From: Pseudomonadota bacterium
GTDB taxonomy: Bacteria; Desulfobacterota; Desulfobacteria; Desulfobacterales; RPRI01
Direction of reading: 5' to 3'
Assembly (NCBI GenBank): GCA_043825875.1
Contig: JBDRRF010000068.1
Location: forward strand, 1 to 64,000
Length of the DNA: 64,000 nucleotides
Under the pieces are notes generated by a model. That model did no database searches, had not been told where the DNA came from, and saw nothing but the letters and a program-made list of their open reading frames with translations. The translations under genes were made by a program, and so were the position numbers. Of the stretch, positions 1 through 9,855 are shown in pieces (the stretch's first letter is position 1; each line of letters starts with the position of its first letter).

Positions 1-143
1 GAGCCACTTTCAAAACGTTTCAGTTTGGTCAAGCTCAAGGCGGGAGAAAATTTCAACCACAGGAATACATTTAGTATTTCGAGGATTGAAATTTGAGCCC
101 AACGCTTAAGATCGGCCAAAATGGGGCGTTTTGAAACTGGCTC
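1..143 (+). mobile_element. MITE-like ~143-bp element, copy 1
   Basis: Terminal inverted repeats GAGCCACTTTCAAAACG / CGTTTTGAAACTGGCTC; near-identical copies at 22282, 26390, 56409. Confidence 0.85.
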
Positions 144-754
144 TATTGTATTTTAAAAAGGCCTGAGGAAAAGAAAGTCATACAATCCGAAAGATCGGAA
201 TCATCATTTCGAATCTCCTCATTAGTGCCGAGCATCGGCTGTATAATACCGAACAGGGCTCCGAAAATTAATCTGGCGGTTTGCATGGGGTTGACATGCC
301 GAAATTTGCCTTGAGCAATACCTTCTTTGATAACATCGGCAAGTAATTTTTGCCCGATTTCACGTTTTTCATCAACTGCAGCCTTTATGGGTAAAGACAA
401 GCTTTCGGCTGTGGTGACGATAATCATAAGGCTTCGATACTTTTTAATAGAATTTAAAAATATACGCACAAAGTTCCCCAGTTTTTCTTCAGGAGAAATT
501 GCGCTCTTAAGAATTTCAAGAAAATCATGGTTGATAGGCTTAAACCGGGTGTCTATAACATGACGCAACAGTTCGGCTTTGTTCTTAAAGTAATTATATA
601 ATGTCCCGGTGGCCACCTCCGCTTTTTTGGCTACGCGATCCATTCTCAAACCATCAAAACCGTGCTGGTTTAAAACCGCCACGGTTGCCTCATAGATGGC
701 ATTTTTCATCACCAAATCCCATTCCGCCTTCCGTGTTTCAGCTAACTTAGCCAT
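143..754 (-). CDS. TetR/AcrR family transcriptional regulator
   Basis: N-terminal HTH 'IYEATVAVLNQHGFDGLRMDRVAKKAEVATGTLYNYFKNKAEL'; start taken at ATG 754 after GGAAGG. Confidence 0.9.
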   Translation of the reverse strand: MAKLAETRKAEWDLVMKNAIYEATVAVLNQHGFDGLRMDRVAKKAEVATGTLYNYFKNKAELLRHVIDTRFKPINHDFLEILKSAISPEEKLGNFVRIFLNSIKKYRSLMIIVTTAESLSLPIKAAVDEKREIGQKLLADVIKEGIAQGKFRHVNPMQTARLIFGALFGIIQPMLGTNEEIRNDDSDLSDCMTFFSSGLFKIQ

Positions 755-771
755 GTTTTTTTCCTTCCGGT

Positions 772-814
772 ATGAATCTATATTCAAAATATTGAATATA
801 GATTCATTTGTCAA
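772..814 (-). promoter_or_regulatory. Sigma70-like promoter overlapped by a palindromic operator (probable TetR autoregulation)
   Basis: Perfect 16-bp inverted repeat ATGAATCTATATTCAA-aata-TTGAATATAGATTCAT (772-807); minus strand TTGACA-17 nt-TATTTT. Confidence 0.7.
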
Positions 815-1006
815 GGGTTCATTGTTAATTCAATTGTAATCTATTATAAATTATTGTAAATTAAAGAAGATAATGATTTGGGTATAATTTGAGCGAACAA
901 ATTGACCGTAAAAGATTATTTTCAAGCTGGTTATGAGAATGACGGAAGGCTTTGGTTTTTTTTAAAAACCATTCATTTTGCATATAATTTGGAGCTTGTA
1001 ATTTTT

Positions 1007-1279
1007 TCAAACTGACCAAATTTTTCGTTTTATAATTCGCAAATCATATTCAGTCTGTAAATTCAGCCAAAACTGAGCTTCAACATTAAAATAGCGCTCC
1101 AGTCTCAATGCAGTATCGGCAGTAATAGATCTTTTTCCGTTAACAATTTCACTAATGCGATTAGGAGGAACAGAAAGGTCACGTGAAAGCTGATTGATAC
1201 TAATACCCAAAGGTTCCATAAAATCTTCGCGGAGAATTTCACCCGGTGTTATTGGATCAAGAAGTTTATGAGTACTCAT
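1007..1279 (-). CDS. higA: HigA-family addiction module antitoxin (orphan)
   Basis: 'PITPGEILREDFMEPLGIS...ISEIVNGKRSITADTALRLERYF...FWLNLQ' signature. Confidence 0.85.
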   Translation of the reverse strand: MSTHKLLDPITPGEILREDFMEPLGISINQLSRDLSVPPNRISEIVNGKRSITADTALRLERYFNVEAQFWLNLQTEYDLRIIKRKIWSV

Positions 1280-1301
1280 ACAAATACCCCCATCGCTTTT
1301 A

Positions 1302-3002
1302 TCAGGGTACAATCTGTGACAAACCTTTTTCACCGAATTTCATGGGAAGAAAAATGGCACAAATGCTTATAACAACTACTGCTGAAAAAGAAACTGCCGC
1401 CCATGTAAATTCGTAAAAGCGAAGAGATCTGTTATGCATTGAAGCCATGAATATATGATATACCGGGCCTGCTTCAAGAACTATTACTGCTGCAATAAAT
1501 CCTGCACAAATCATCATAAACAGCAGGCCGCCAAAACTCGTTACCGACTGTTCGGGGTTTTCACACTTAAAGTCGGGATATGCTGCTCCGAAACCTATTC
1601 CTATGGCCACGATTCCGGGAACCATAAGAAATACGGTTATAACAGATAGAAGCATTATAAAAGTGTCCGCTTTTAATATTAAGTTGGTTGCCACTATAAG
1701 AATTTCGGAAAGAATGAGCAAAGGGAAAAAATATATGAAAAATTTTATCCAAAGTACTGTTCTGATTTTAACAGGAGAAGCTTTTACAAGCCAGAAGGCT
1801 TCTTTTTCTGAGCTTACAGCAGGATATGCAAAGCGGCCAGTTATGGCAGTTAGCACAAACATGCAAAGACCCATGTTAAGAAAAGATAAAAGATTTTGAA
1901 GATATACTGTTTTGATGGGCGCTTTTTCCAGAGGAAGCACATTAAAATTATAAATATATATTATAATAAGGGCTCCGATTAAAAGTATTTGTGACCATTG
2001 AGTCTGGTCTCTGAAAAAGGTTTTTATCTCTTTTACAAGAAATGCTCTGGTCGGGCCTGAAAGAAATTTTGAAAAAGGAAAATGCACAAATTTATATTTA
2101 TACAACTTGAAAGAAACAGTTTGAGTTTTGGAAAATCCGATAAAATAAATAAGATCGGCGATAATTATATTTATAAAAAATATAATAGCAGAAAAGCTCC
2201 ATGCAAGTCCGGAGTGAAACAGGCTTGCTTTTACAGACCCGAATAGGGCTTCATTTATGCTGTCATAAACCCAGGTGCTTGGAAGAAGAGGCGAAGATGG
2301 AGCTTTTAAAGTATTTAGATATACAACAACGGTTGCAAAGGCTTCCGGATCAACAAGCTGCTCCGGTTTTAAAAGCCTTAAGGCTAAAAACAGGATTAAA
2401 AATAGTGCAAACCCCAAAGCCATAGTAATATTTTTCATACGGTTTGCAGGAACAATAAAAACTAAAGCCATAACAAGCAATGAACTTATGCCAGCCGAAA
2501 TCATGGAAATGGATATCAGATTACCGGCAATGCTCAAATAAAAAAAAGGTCCGGCCTGGTAAACAATTCCGCAAGCAATAAGTACAGGAAGTATATATAA
2601 TATTACCATCCAGGAGCTGTCTATTGTGCTTTCGATCCACCTTGCAATAAAAACTTTATAACTTGAAAGCGGCATGGAATGTATAAGTGGAAGGTCTCTT
2701 GAAAGGTAAAGCTTTGAAAGTGATGTGAGAATACTGCTGAAAATAAGAAAAGAAAAAGAAATGAGGATAAGCATGGATAAGATTTTAAGAATAAGAATAT
2801 CACCAAGACCTTCTATTCTTTTAAAGTATTTAAGGGTTCTTAATGTAATGATAAAAATGCCGCTCCAAAATATTACTCCAGCCGTGGCAAGAAAAAGAGT
2901 GCGATAAATATCTTTTTTAGACTTTTTGGAAAGTAAGGGATTTTTAAAAGATAGTAATTTCGGCCTTAAAAGGATTAAGATTTCTTTAATGGATTCATTC
3001 AT
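1302..3002 (-). CDS. Putative ABC exporter permease, multi-TM
   Basis: Many TM segments, 'KEIKTFFRD' motif, downstream of ABC ATPase; start reassigned to ATG 3002. Confidence 0.75.
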   Translation of the reverse strand: MNESIKEILILLRPKLLSFKNPLLSKKSKKDIYRTLFLATAGVIFWSGIFIITLRTLKYFKRIEGLGDILILKILSMLILISFSFLIFSSILTSLSKLYLSRDLPLIHSMPLSSYKVFIARWIESTIDSSWMVILYILPVLIACGIVYQAGPFFYLSIAGNLISISMISAGISSLLVMALVFIVPANRMKNITMALGFALFLILFLALRLLKPEQLVDPEAFATVVVYLNTLKAPSSPLLPSTWVYDSINEALFGSVKASLFHSGLAWSFSAIIFFINIIIADLIYFIGFSKTQTVSFKLYKYKFVHFPFSKFLSGPTRAFLVKEIKTFFRDQTQWSQILLIGALIIIYIYNFNVLPLEKAPIKTVYLQNLLSFLNMGLCMFVLTAITGRFAYPAVSSEKEAFWLVKASPVKIRTVLWIKFFIYFFPLLILSEILIVATNLILKADTFIMLLSVITVFLMVPGIVAIGIGFGAAYPDFKCENPEQSVTSFGGLLFMMICAGFIAAVIVLEAGPVYHIFMASMHNRSLRFYEFTWAAVSFSAVVVISICAIFLPMKFGEKGLSQIVP

Positions 3003-3008
3003 CTTATT

Positions 3009-3045
3009 CCCCCTCACCCTGACCCTCTCCCGCCAGGGGCGAGGG
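3009..3045 (+). repeat. REP-like palindrome CCCCTCACCCTGACCCTCTCCC..GGGGCGAGGG
   Basis: Recognisable intergenic REP-type hairpin. Confidence 0.65.
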
Positions 3046-3087
3046 TAGTAGTATATATAAAATAGTGTCTGAGCGACGCGAATCCAT

Positions 3088-3175
3088 ACTTCGATATTCC
3101 TTATTCGATATTCGATATTCAATATTCAATATTTCCCGGACAAGCATTTTTTAGTTACGGCTTGTCCGGGTTAGG
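3088..3175. repeat. Heptamer tandem repeat (ATTCGAT/ATTCAAT) plus CCCGGACAAGC/GCTTGTCCGGG inverted repeat
   Basis: Visible between permease and ATPase; the inverted repeat abuts the ATPase stop codon. Confidence 0.6.
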
Positions 3176-3890
3176 ATGTAAGCTTTATAAACGCATCTTC
3201 CAAGTCAGGATCGATAAGCAGAGATTTTTTCTTTAAATCATCGGCAGTGCCTGTTGCAATAACAACTCCGTTTTTAATGATTCCTATACGGTGGCATACA
3301 TCTTCTGCGACTTGCAGGGTATGGGTTGACATGAAAACAGTCAATCCGGTTTCAGCAAGATGTTTCAGCAAATCTTTGACCATTCTTGCTGCAACAGGGT
3401 CAAGACCTACCATAGGTTCATCAATTATTATTACTTCAGGATCATGCAAAAGTGCTGCCGCCATAATAAGTCTTTGCTTCATGCCGTGCGAGTAAGACTC
3501 GATAAGTTCATCCGCCCATTTTATAAGAGAAAACATATCAAGAAGATTATCAGCTTTTGCGGAAAAGTTATTGTCACTTACGCCATAAAGGTTTCCGATA
3601 AATCTTAAAAATTCTTTTCCAGTGAGTTTTTCGTAAAGGTATGGTCTGTCGGGAATAAATCCGATTATTCTTTTTGCTTTTTCAGGTTCATCTTTCATGC
3701 TGATCCCGCCGATTTCAATCAGACCCGAAGTAGGCTCCATTATTCCGCCCATCATTTTTATGGTTGTTGTTTTCCCGGCACCATTAGGTCCCAGAAATCC
3801 GAAGATTTCGCCTTTGGGAATTGAAAGGCTGAGATCATTTACAGCAATAAATTCGCCATATTTTTTTGTTAGATTTTCAAGAAGTATCAT
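3171..3890 (-). CDS. ABC transporter ATP-binding protein
   Basis: Walker A GPNGAGKTT, signature YSHGMKQR, Walker B IIIDEP. Confidence 0.95.
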   Translation of the reverse strand: MILLENLTKKYGEFIAVNDLSLSIPKGEIFGFLGPNGAGKTTTIKMMGGIMEPTSGLIEIGGISMKDEPEKAKRIIGFIPDRPYLYEKLTGKEFLRFIGNLYGVSDNNFSAKADNLLDMFSLIKWADELIESYSHGMKQRLIMAAALLHDPEVIIIDEPMVGLDPVAARMVKDLLKHLAETGLTVFMSTHTLQVAEDVCHRIGIIKNGVVIATGTADDLKKKSLLIDPDLEDAFIKLTS

Positions 3891-5362
3891 TTGAATTCAA
3901 TAACCTTTATTTTTATCTTTCCTAATATGCTTAATATATCAAGCTGCTCCTTAGGTCCTCCTGTTGAAAATCGTATATGGGTAACATCGGCCGGTATCTG
4001 ACCAAAAAGAGGATCGATTGCAACCCATCTTCCAAAATACAAACTGTTCCATGCGTGATAATAAAAACCGCCGTTTAAATATACTATCCCTGCTTCTACT
4101 CTGGCAGGTATTCCTGCCGCGCGTGAAAGAGCGGCCATAAGAACAGCGTGTTCGTTACAGTCGCCCGCTTTGTTTTTTAGGGTTGAAACTGCATCAGGCA
4201 AAGATATTACCGGTCTTTTTTCGATGTTGGAGTTTATCCAGCTTACAAGTTTTTTTGCTTTGATTATCGGCGGATCATCCGGGCTAACGGTTTTTTTGAC
4301 GATGTTTTCTATCTCTCTGTTATCAGATTGTATGAAGGGCGTGGGCTTCATATAATAATATGAGGCTATATCCGGCATATAAGCTTTATGTTGCTTGAAA
4401 AGATCATCTATGTTTTCTTTGTTTATTTGCAAAATACCGCTTTTGAATTTCTGCCTGTCGTCGTTTATTTTAAGCGTATCGAGTTTAACGCCTTTGATTT
4501 GTATTTTAAGAAAAGTTAGTTTCTCAGGATTATTTAATATAATATTTGAAGGTATGGAAACAAGTTTTGTTAGATCATCACTTGCCTGAACGGGCATACC
4601 GTTTAATGCATCATCTTTTGTGGTTTTTTCAAGGCTTATACCAAGAAATCCTTTTTCCTTTAAGATTTCTCCTTTATCGCTTACCCACAGTATCTGAGTA
4701 GTACCTTTAAATGACAGAAAAGTCTTGAATGCCTTATGATTTATCTTTCCAATTTGAATATCTTCTTTTTTATCTATCTTTAAAAGTACCGGTACCTGGC
4801 TCATTGAGGCAGGATCGAAAATATTAAAAGTAAATACTTCTCCTTCTTTTAAGCCCGATGCAAATGCGGCATTTACTAAACCTGCCATAAGATATGGTTT
4901 GGTCTTAAAAGGAATATCTGTTTTTCTTTTATCCCCAAAACTTTGAGTCTGAATGGACAATATATCTTTTTTGGTCTCACCTTTTGCCGCAAAAGCAAAT
5001 CTGCCGGAACTTATTTCAAAATCAAATGTCCGCAAAGTAAAGTCGGGGTTTAAATTCCCAAGAGTTTTAACATATATATCATGAAGCAATCCCATAGTAT
5101 TAATTTTCATGAAGACATTTTCTTTTATTTTATATCCATTGTCATCTTTTAAAATAATTGTGTGGGAAAAGCCGATTTTATTATTATTCTGGAATATATT
5201 CATCCATGTATCTTTTTCAAAAAGTATACTGGCTGAGGCTGATAATGAATACTTATGAACGTTTTTTTCGAAAAGGCCAAGCCGTATGGAAAGCAATAAT
5301 GCAAACACCAGAAAGATTGCCAAACCGGTTGAAACCAAGTATTTATTTCTGTAAAGAGACAT
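3887..5362 (-). CDS. Membrane-anchored transglutaminase-like domain protein
   Basis: GDCNEHA..., YHAWN, WVAIDP catalytic C-H-D motifs; N-terminal TM. Confidence 0.85.
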   Translation of the reverse strand: MSLYRNKYLVSTGLAIFLVFALLLSIRLGLFEKNVHKYSLSASASILFEKDTWMNIFQNNNKIGFSHTIILKDDNGYKIKENVFMKINTMGLLHDIYVKTLGNLNPDFTLRTFDFEISSGRFAFAAKGETKKDILSIQTQSFGDKRKTDIPFKTKPYLMAGLVNAAFASGLKEGEVFTFNIFDPASMSQVPVLLKIDKKEDIQIGKINHKAFKTFLSFKGTTQILWVSDKGEILKEKGFLGISLEKTTKDDALNGMPVQASDDLTKLVSIPSNIILNNPEKLTFLKIQIKGVKLDTLKINDDRQKFKSGILQINKENIDDLFKQHKAYMPDIASYYYMKPTPFIQSDNREIENIVKKTVSPDDPPIIKAKKLVSWINSNIEKRPVISLPDAVSTLKNKAGDCNEHAVLMAALSRAAGIPARVEAGIVYLNGGFYYHAWNSLYFGRWVAIDPLFGQIPADVTHIRFSTGGPKEQLDILSILGKIKIKVIEFK

Positions 5363-5561
5363 TGATAAAATAATAACACAGCTTGTACTATTTGGCCAGT
5401 TTGTTAAGCTATTAAAATCTATATTTTTAAAACCTATAATAAAGCCTAAAACAAATAATATTTAAGTGGAAATTGTAATTTATAAAGAATTTTGTTATCG
5501 GATGATAAATGTTCATGAAATGTATTATTTGAAAACTTAAAACTGATTTAAGAGGATATTA

Positions 5562-6578
5562 ATGTACACAAAAATAATTACTATAATGATTATACTTATT
5601 ATATCGGTATCATGCAATGTGTTTGCCGATGAAATCCGGCTGAAAAACGGTGACCATATTACCGGCACGATTATTAAATTAGACGCGGAAAAGATGGCAT
5701 TAAAAACATCTTATGCCGGCGAAATCAATATTGTTTTTAAGGAAATTGCAGGAATGCGAACAGATTCCCCAATAGATGTAATATTAATTGATGGAACAAA
5801 AGCAAAAGGTATAGTGTCTACTGATTCGGATGGAAATATTAATATAAAAACAGAGTTGATAGAACAACCTTTATCATTTGACCTTGCTCACATTAAACAA
5901 ATTAATCCGCCGCCTCCACCTCCTGCCGTAAAACTAAAAGGCAGGCTTAATATTGGAATTAATATAACGGATGGAAATACTAACACTAAAACATACCATG
6001 GCGACGGCGAATTAATTGCAAGAACCAAAGACAATCGTTTCACACTTGGCGGCAGATATAACAGAGCCGAAGATGATGGCGAAACCACAGTTAACAACCA
6101 GACCGCTTATATGAAATATGACCACTTTCTTTCCGAAAAATGGTATTTTCTTGCAAATGTTACGGGCACAAGAGATAAATTTAAAGATTTGAATTTAAAA
6201 ACTTCTCTTGGTGTAGGTATGGGCTATCAATTTATTGAGACAGAAACGACTAATTTGTCTGTTGAGGCCGGACCGAACTATGTAAACGAAGACTATATCG
6301 ATGGTCAGGATAAAGATTTTATGTCCGCACGCTGGGCAGTAAACTTTGATCATTATCTTTATAAGGATTATACGCAGTTTTTCTGCAATCATGTTGGTTT
6401 AATAAGCCTGGAAAATGCGGCGGATGTAAGTATTCAAAGCCAGACTGGCTTTCGTTTTAAAATATACAATGGATTTAATGCAACAACTCAGGTAAACTAT
6501 GACTGGGACAACAATCCTTCACTTGGGACTGAAGGGTCCGATACCACTTATATTTTAAGCCTTGGGTATCAATTTTAG
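5562..6578 (+). CDS. DUF481/YdiY-like outer-membrane beta-barrel protein
   Basis: Signal peptide, 'DEIRLKNGDHITG' N-domain, C-terminal 'LSLGYQF'. Confidence 0.8.
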   Translation: MYTKIITIMIILIISVSCNVFADEIRLKNGDHITGTIIKLDAEKMALKTSYAGEINIVFKEIAGMRTDSPIDVILIDGTKAKGIVSTDSDGNINIKTELIEQPLSFDLAHIKQINPPPPPPAVKLKGRLNIGINITDGNTNTKTYHGDGELIARTKDNRFTLGGRYNRAEDDGETTVNNQTAYMKYDHFLSEKWYFLANVTGTRDKFKDLNLKTSLGVGMGYQFIETETTNLSVEAGPNYVNEDYIDGQDKDFMSARWAVNFDHYLYKDYTQFFCNHVGLISLENAADVSIQSQTGFRFKIYNGFNATTQVNYDWDNNPSLGTEGSDTTYILSLGYQF

Positions 6579-6699
6579 GAAATACCGATACGGAAAATAA
6601 AATATAAGGTTTGAGAAAATTATGGCATAAAATTTCAACAATATGTGCTATATTTAAACTAGCTAAGAGACTTAGACCGGATATATGATGGAGGGTAAT

Positions 6700-7194
6700 A
6701 TGAAAAAAACAATTATTTTGGTTTTTATTATAATTTTTTGTGCGTGTACCGGTTTTGCAGATGAAAAAATATATAAATGGACAGGTGATGATGGGGTCTT
6801 GCATTTCAGTGATCAAGCCCCGGAGGATGAAGTGGAACAATACGATACAATTAAAGTTCCCAAAGATAAATCATTGCCTGATACGGCAATAAATAATGAC
6901 TCTGAAGAAACCCTTCGTCCCGGATATAATCAAATGGTTGAAACCGCCAAACAAGAAATGATGCAATTTGAGCAGGAAGAAAGACAAAATAAAATAGCTA
7001 AGGCACAAGAGGAAAAAGAAAAAGCCGAAGAAGAAAGATTAGCAAAAATTGAGGAAAAACAAAAAAAACTCAGGGATAAAATTGATAATATACAAAAAAG
7101 GCCTTTCGATAATAAACAATGGACCCCGGGTTTTAAAAATGCACAGATAAATTTAATACAAAAGCAAATTGATGAACTTGAAAAGTTAAAATAA
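6700..7194 (+). CDS. DUF4124 domain protein with coiled coil
   Basis: Signal peptide followed by 'IYKWTGDDGVLHFSDQAP'. Confidence 0.8.
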   Translation: MKKTIILVFIIIFCACTGFADEKIYKWTGDDGVLHFSDQAPEDEVEQYDTIKVPKDKSLPDTAINNDSEETLRPGYNQMVETAKQEMMQFEQEERQNKIAKAQEEKEKAEEERLAKIEEKQKKLRDKIDNIQKRPFDNKQWTPGFKNAQINLIQKQIDELEKLK

Positions 7195-7218
7195 ATACTA
7201 TCTGATTTATTAATGAAC

Positions 7219-7250
7219 AAAGGCGGGGCAAATTAATGCACCGCCTTTGT
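7219..7250 (+). terminator. Putative intrinsic terminator hairpin
   Basis: AAAGGCGGGGCA-loop-TGCACCGCCTTT just after the stop. Confidence 0.55.
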
Positions 7251-7276
7251 ATAAGTTGCTGTAAAAAAAGGTTATC

Positions 7277-7475
7277 TTTTATATTATTTAAATTTTATTA
7301 CATCACCATGAACAGATGTAGCAACTCTGACAAGCACTACCCACCATTGCTTATATGATTCTACAGTAACATTGATCATTGGCATACCCGCCACGAGATC
7401 TTACTGCACTCTCAAGCGCTTCAGGAGTTGTATTCGAATTGGAAAGTGGTATAAAGCCGAATAAATAAATAAGGG
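7277..7475 (-). pseudogene. Frameshifted, 5'-truncated remnant of a small lipoprotein-like gene
   Basis: 'LFGFIPLSNSNTTPEALESAVRSRGG' continues in another frame as 'MINVTVESYKQWWVVLVRVATSVHGDVIKFK*'. Confidence 0.4.
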
Positions 7476-7535
7476 TTGGTAGTCTTTTATATATCTAAAC
7501 AGTTTGAGAAAGTACGTGGCATTAATATTTATAAC

Positions 7536-7610
7536 TGGTGGTCCCAGCGGGGTTCGAACCCGCGTTACCGGCGTGAGAGGCCAGCGTCCTAACCACTAGA
7601 CGATAGGACC
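7536..7610 (-). tRNA. tRNA-Glu (CTC)
   Basis: GGTCCTATCGTCTAGTGGTTAGGAC...CTCTCAC...GGTTCGAACCCC...ACCA; encoded CCA. Confidence 0.95.
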
Positions 7611-7676
7611 ATTATTTTAGAATATTGGGATAATTATAGAAAAGGTATTAGCTTGTCAAATGTTATTTTTTAATTA

Positions 7677-7910
7677 TCAGTTACCGGTTTCATTTGAAGT
7701 GGAATTTTCCGGAGTTTCTAACTGAATCTTTTTCCCCTTTCTGTATCCAATGGCAAAATATATAACCGGCCCCAAAAAAGGTACGAGAGCTGTGACGCCC
7801 CAGATAGCCTTTGCGGCGGTACTACCAAAATTCTTTTTTGAAATATCTATTACAGCCCACCAGGTCAGAAGAAGAAAAACAAGCCCGGTACCAATAATTA
7901 TTTTCGCCAT
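7677..7910 (-). CDS. Small membrane protein, PLDc N-terminal-like domain
   Basis: 'WAVIDI...KAIW...PFLGPVIYFAIG' pattern. Confidence 0.7.
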   Translation of the reverse strand: MAKIIIGTGLVFLLLTWWAVIDISKKNFGSTAAKAIWGVTALVPFLGPVIYFAIGYRKGKKIQLETPENSTSNETGN

Positions 7911-7916
7911 TTTAAG

Positions 7917-8801
7917 TTATCCTTTCAGCATTGCTGTTAGATTAAGTATTGTATTTACATAATAGCTGCTAGGGTTATACTGACGAATTACCCATCGGGC
8001 TTTTTTATCTTCTATTCCCTGCCGCCATCCGCTCTTACTAAGAAAGTTTGCGACACTGGCTATTGCATCGGCGTGATTGGTAAGATCCACACTTCCATCC
8101 ATATTTCCATCTGTTGCGTATCTGATAATGTTACTTGGAACAAATTGCGGAATCCCAACGGCTCCTGCATAAGAGCCGTTTATTGTAAGAGGATTGATTT
8201 TTTCTTTTTCCGCATAAATAAGAAAAGATTTAAGTTCATTGTATGCCCAATTCGATTTTTTTAGCGCTTTGTTTTCAAATTTTTCAAAAGTAAGGCTCGT
8301 TGAGCCGGAGATATATTCCCAAAATCTTTTTCTTATATTTACATCGAAAAGAGAGGCCATTGTCGAAAGTGTATTTAATACAGGCCGCTTTCCAATAGAT
8401 TTTCCCAGCTTTGATTCTACAAGAATTATTGCGGTAATAAGTTCCTCTTCAACCCCATATTTTTCTTTAGCATTAAAAAGCTCCGATTCATATATTTTCA
8501 TATACAGCTTTGCTCCGGCTATTGATAGAGCTTTGGGGTACTGATTATAATTTACATTGGATTCCTTGTGAACAAAAAAAAGTGACACTCCTTTTGCATC
8601 AAAATTTACCCGGCCATCATTGTAAATCTGCGCAAGCTTTTTCCTGCCGAATCCATCTGAAACAAGTTTATCCTGAAGCAACTTAAAATTGTAGTTGAAA
8701 TCTTTGGTTGCCGTTTCCTCGTTTTGTGCGGATAAGGTTATAATGAATAACAAGCACAAAACAAATATAAATCTTTTAATATATAAGGAAACAATGCCCA
8801 T
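7917..8801 (-). CDS. Lytic murein transglycosylase (MltB family)
   Basis: 'AIILVES', 'GSYAGAVGIPQFVPS', 'DGNMDG', 'DAIASVANFL'. Confidence 0.9.
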   Translation of the reverse strand: MGIVSLYIKRFIFVLCLLFIITLSAQNEETATKDFNYNFKLLQDKLVSDGFGRKKLAQIYNDGRVNFDAKGVSLFFVHKESNVNYNQYPKALSIAGAKLYMKIYESELFNAKEKYGVEEELITAIILVESKLGKSIGKRPVLNTLSTMASLFDVNIRKRFWEYISGSTSLTFEKFENKALKKSNWAYNELKSFLIYAEKEKINPLTINGSYAGAVGIPQFVPSNIIRYATDGNMDGSVDLTNHADAIASVANFLSKSGWRQGIEDKKARWVIRQYNPSSYYVNTILNLTAMLKG

Positions 8802-8817
8802 TATGAAGTATCCCAGG

Positions 8818-9645
8818 TTATTTGGCTGAAATTTCAATAAAAGAACGTTTTCTTTCAGTAAATACACAAACTTGTTTATATCCTGCTGAACAAATCAAAG
8901 GTAAAACTTTTTCATAATGACGGCCAATATTATCAGGTTCATGCGCATCCGAACCTATTGTTATTCCAACACCATATTTACAGCATTTTTTTAAAATATC
9001 AATAGAAGGGTAAGCGTTTTGCGCATTGTGGTCGTATCCGCTTGTGTTAACCTCAACAGCAATATTATTTTTTGCTATTTTTTTAATTATTTCATCAAGC
9101 TCTTTCTCAAAACAATCAGGAAGATTCCTGCCGAATTTTTTCATAAGATCGATATGGCATATAAAATCAAAATAATTATTATCTAACATTTTATCAAGAT
9201 ATTCGAAATATAGCCGGTAAATTTCATTTGTTTCGAGTCCTCCTTTGCTCCAGTCCGATTCGTGGCTTACCACATCCACCCCTTTCGGGAAATGAAGAGA
9301 ACTTCCTATAACATCAAATGAAAAAGTATCTATAATATTATTAATATCATCAATATGATCAGGGTGGTAGTCAATTTCAAGGCCGGCTTTTATATTTATA
9401 ACTTTTCTGTAGCGGATTTTTAGATTTTGGACAGCTTGAAAATAAAACGGTACCTCAGAAGGTGCCATGGAATGTCTATTCCCAGGCTTGCTTATAGTTA
9501 GATGATCAAGAAAACATATTTCATCAAAACCTGACAAAACAGCTTTTTTAATATAAGCCTCCATACCATATTTGGCATGATTGCAAAGCATGGTATGAAT
9601 ATGATAATCAATCTTGCAAGATATGTTTGAATTTTCTTGATTCAT
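8818..9645 (-). CDS. Histidinol-phosphatase, PHP (HisJ/HisK) family
   Basis: DYHIHT, 'DVIGSSLH', 'GSDAHEP' motifs. Confidence 0.85.
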   Translation of the reverse strand: MNQENSNISCKIDYHIHTMLCNHAKYGMEAYIKKAVLSGFDEICFLDHLTISKPGNRHSMAPSEVPFYFQAVQNLKIRYRKVINIKAGLEIDYHPDHIDDINNIIDTFSFDVIGSSLHFPKGVDVVSHESDWSKGGLETNEIYRLYFEYLDKMLDNNYFDFICHIDLMKKFGRNLPDCFEKELDEIIKKIAKNNIAVEVNTSGYDHNAQNAYPSIDILKKCCKYGVGITIGSDAHEPDNIGRHYEKVLPLICSAGYKQVCVFTERKRSFIEISAK

Positions 9646-9855
9646 CAGAAAGCGCCAATATTTTTAATGCAATAGGAAGGCGTTATGTTATATTGTTTTT
9701 TAAATGCCGATATACCATCTAAATTATCACACGAAAAAGGAAATAATTACAATTTTATTTTTCTAAATTCTTAAAATTTGGTGGAATTTGTCGTCCATCA
9801 AAAAAGAAATAACCTAAGACGTCAAAAGATAACGCCCATAAGGATAAAGCCTAAG

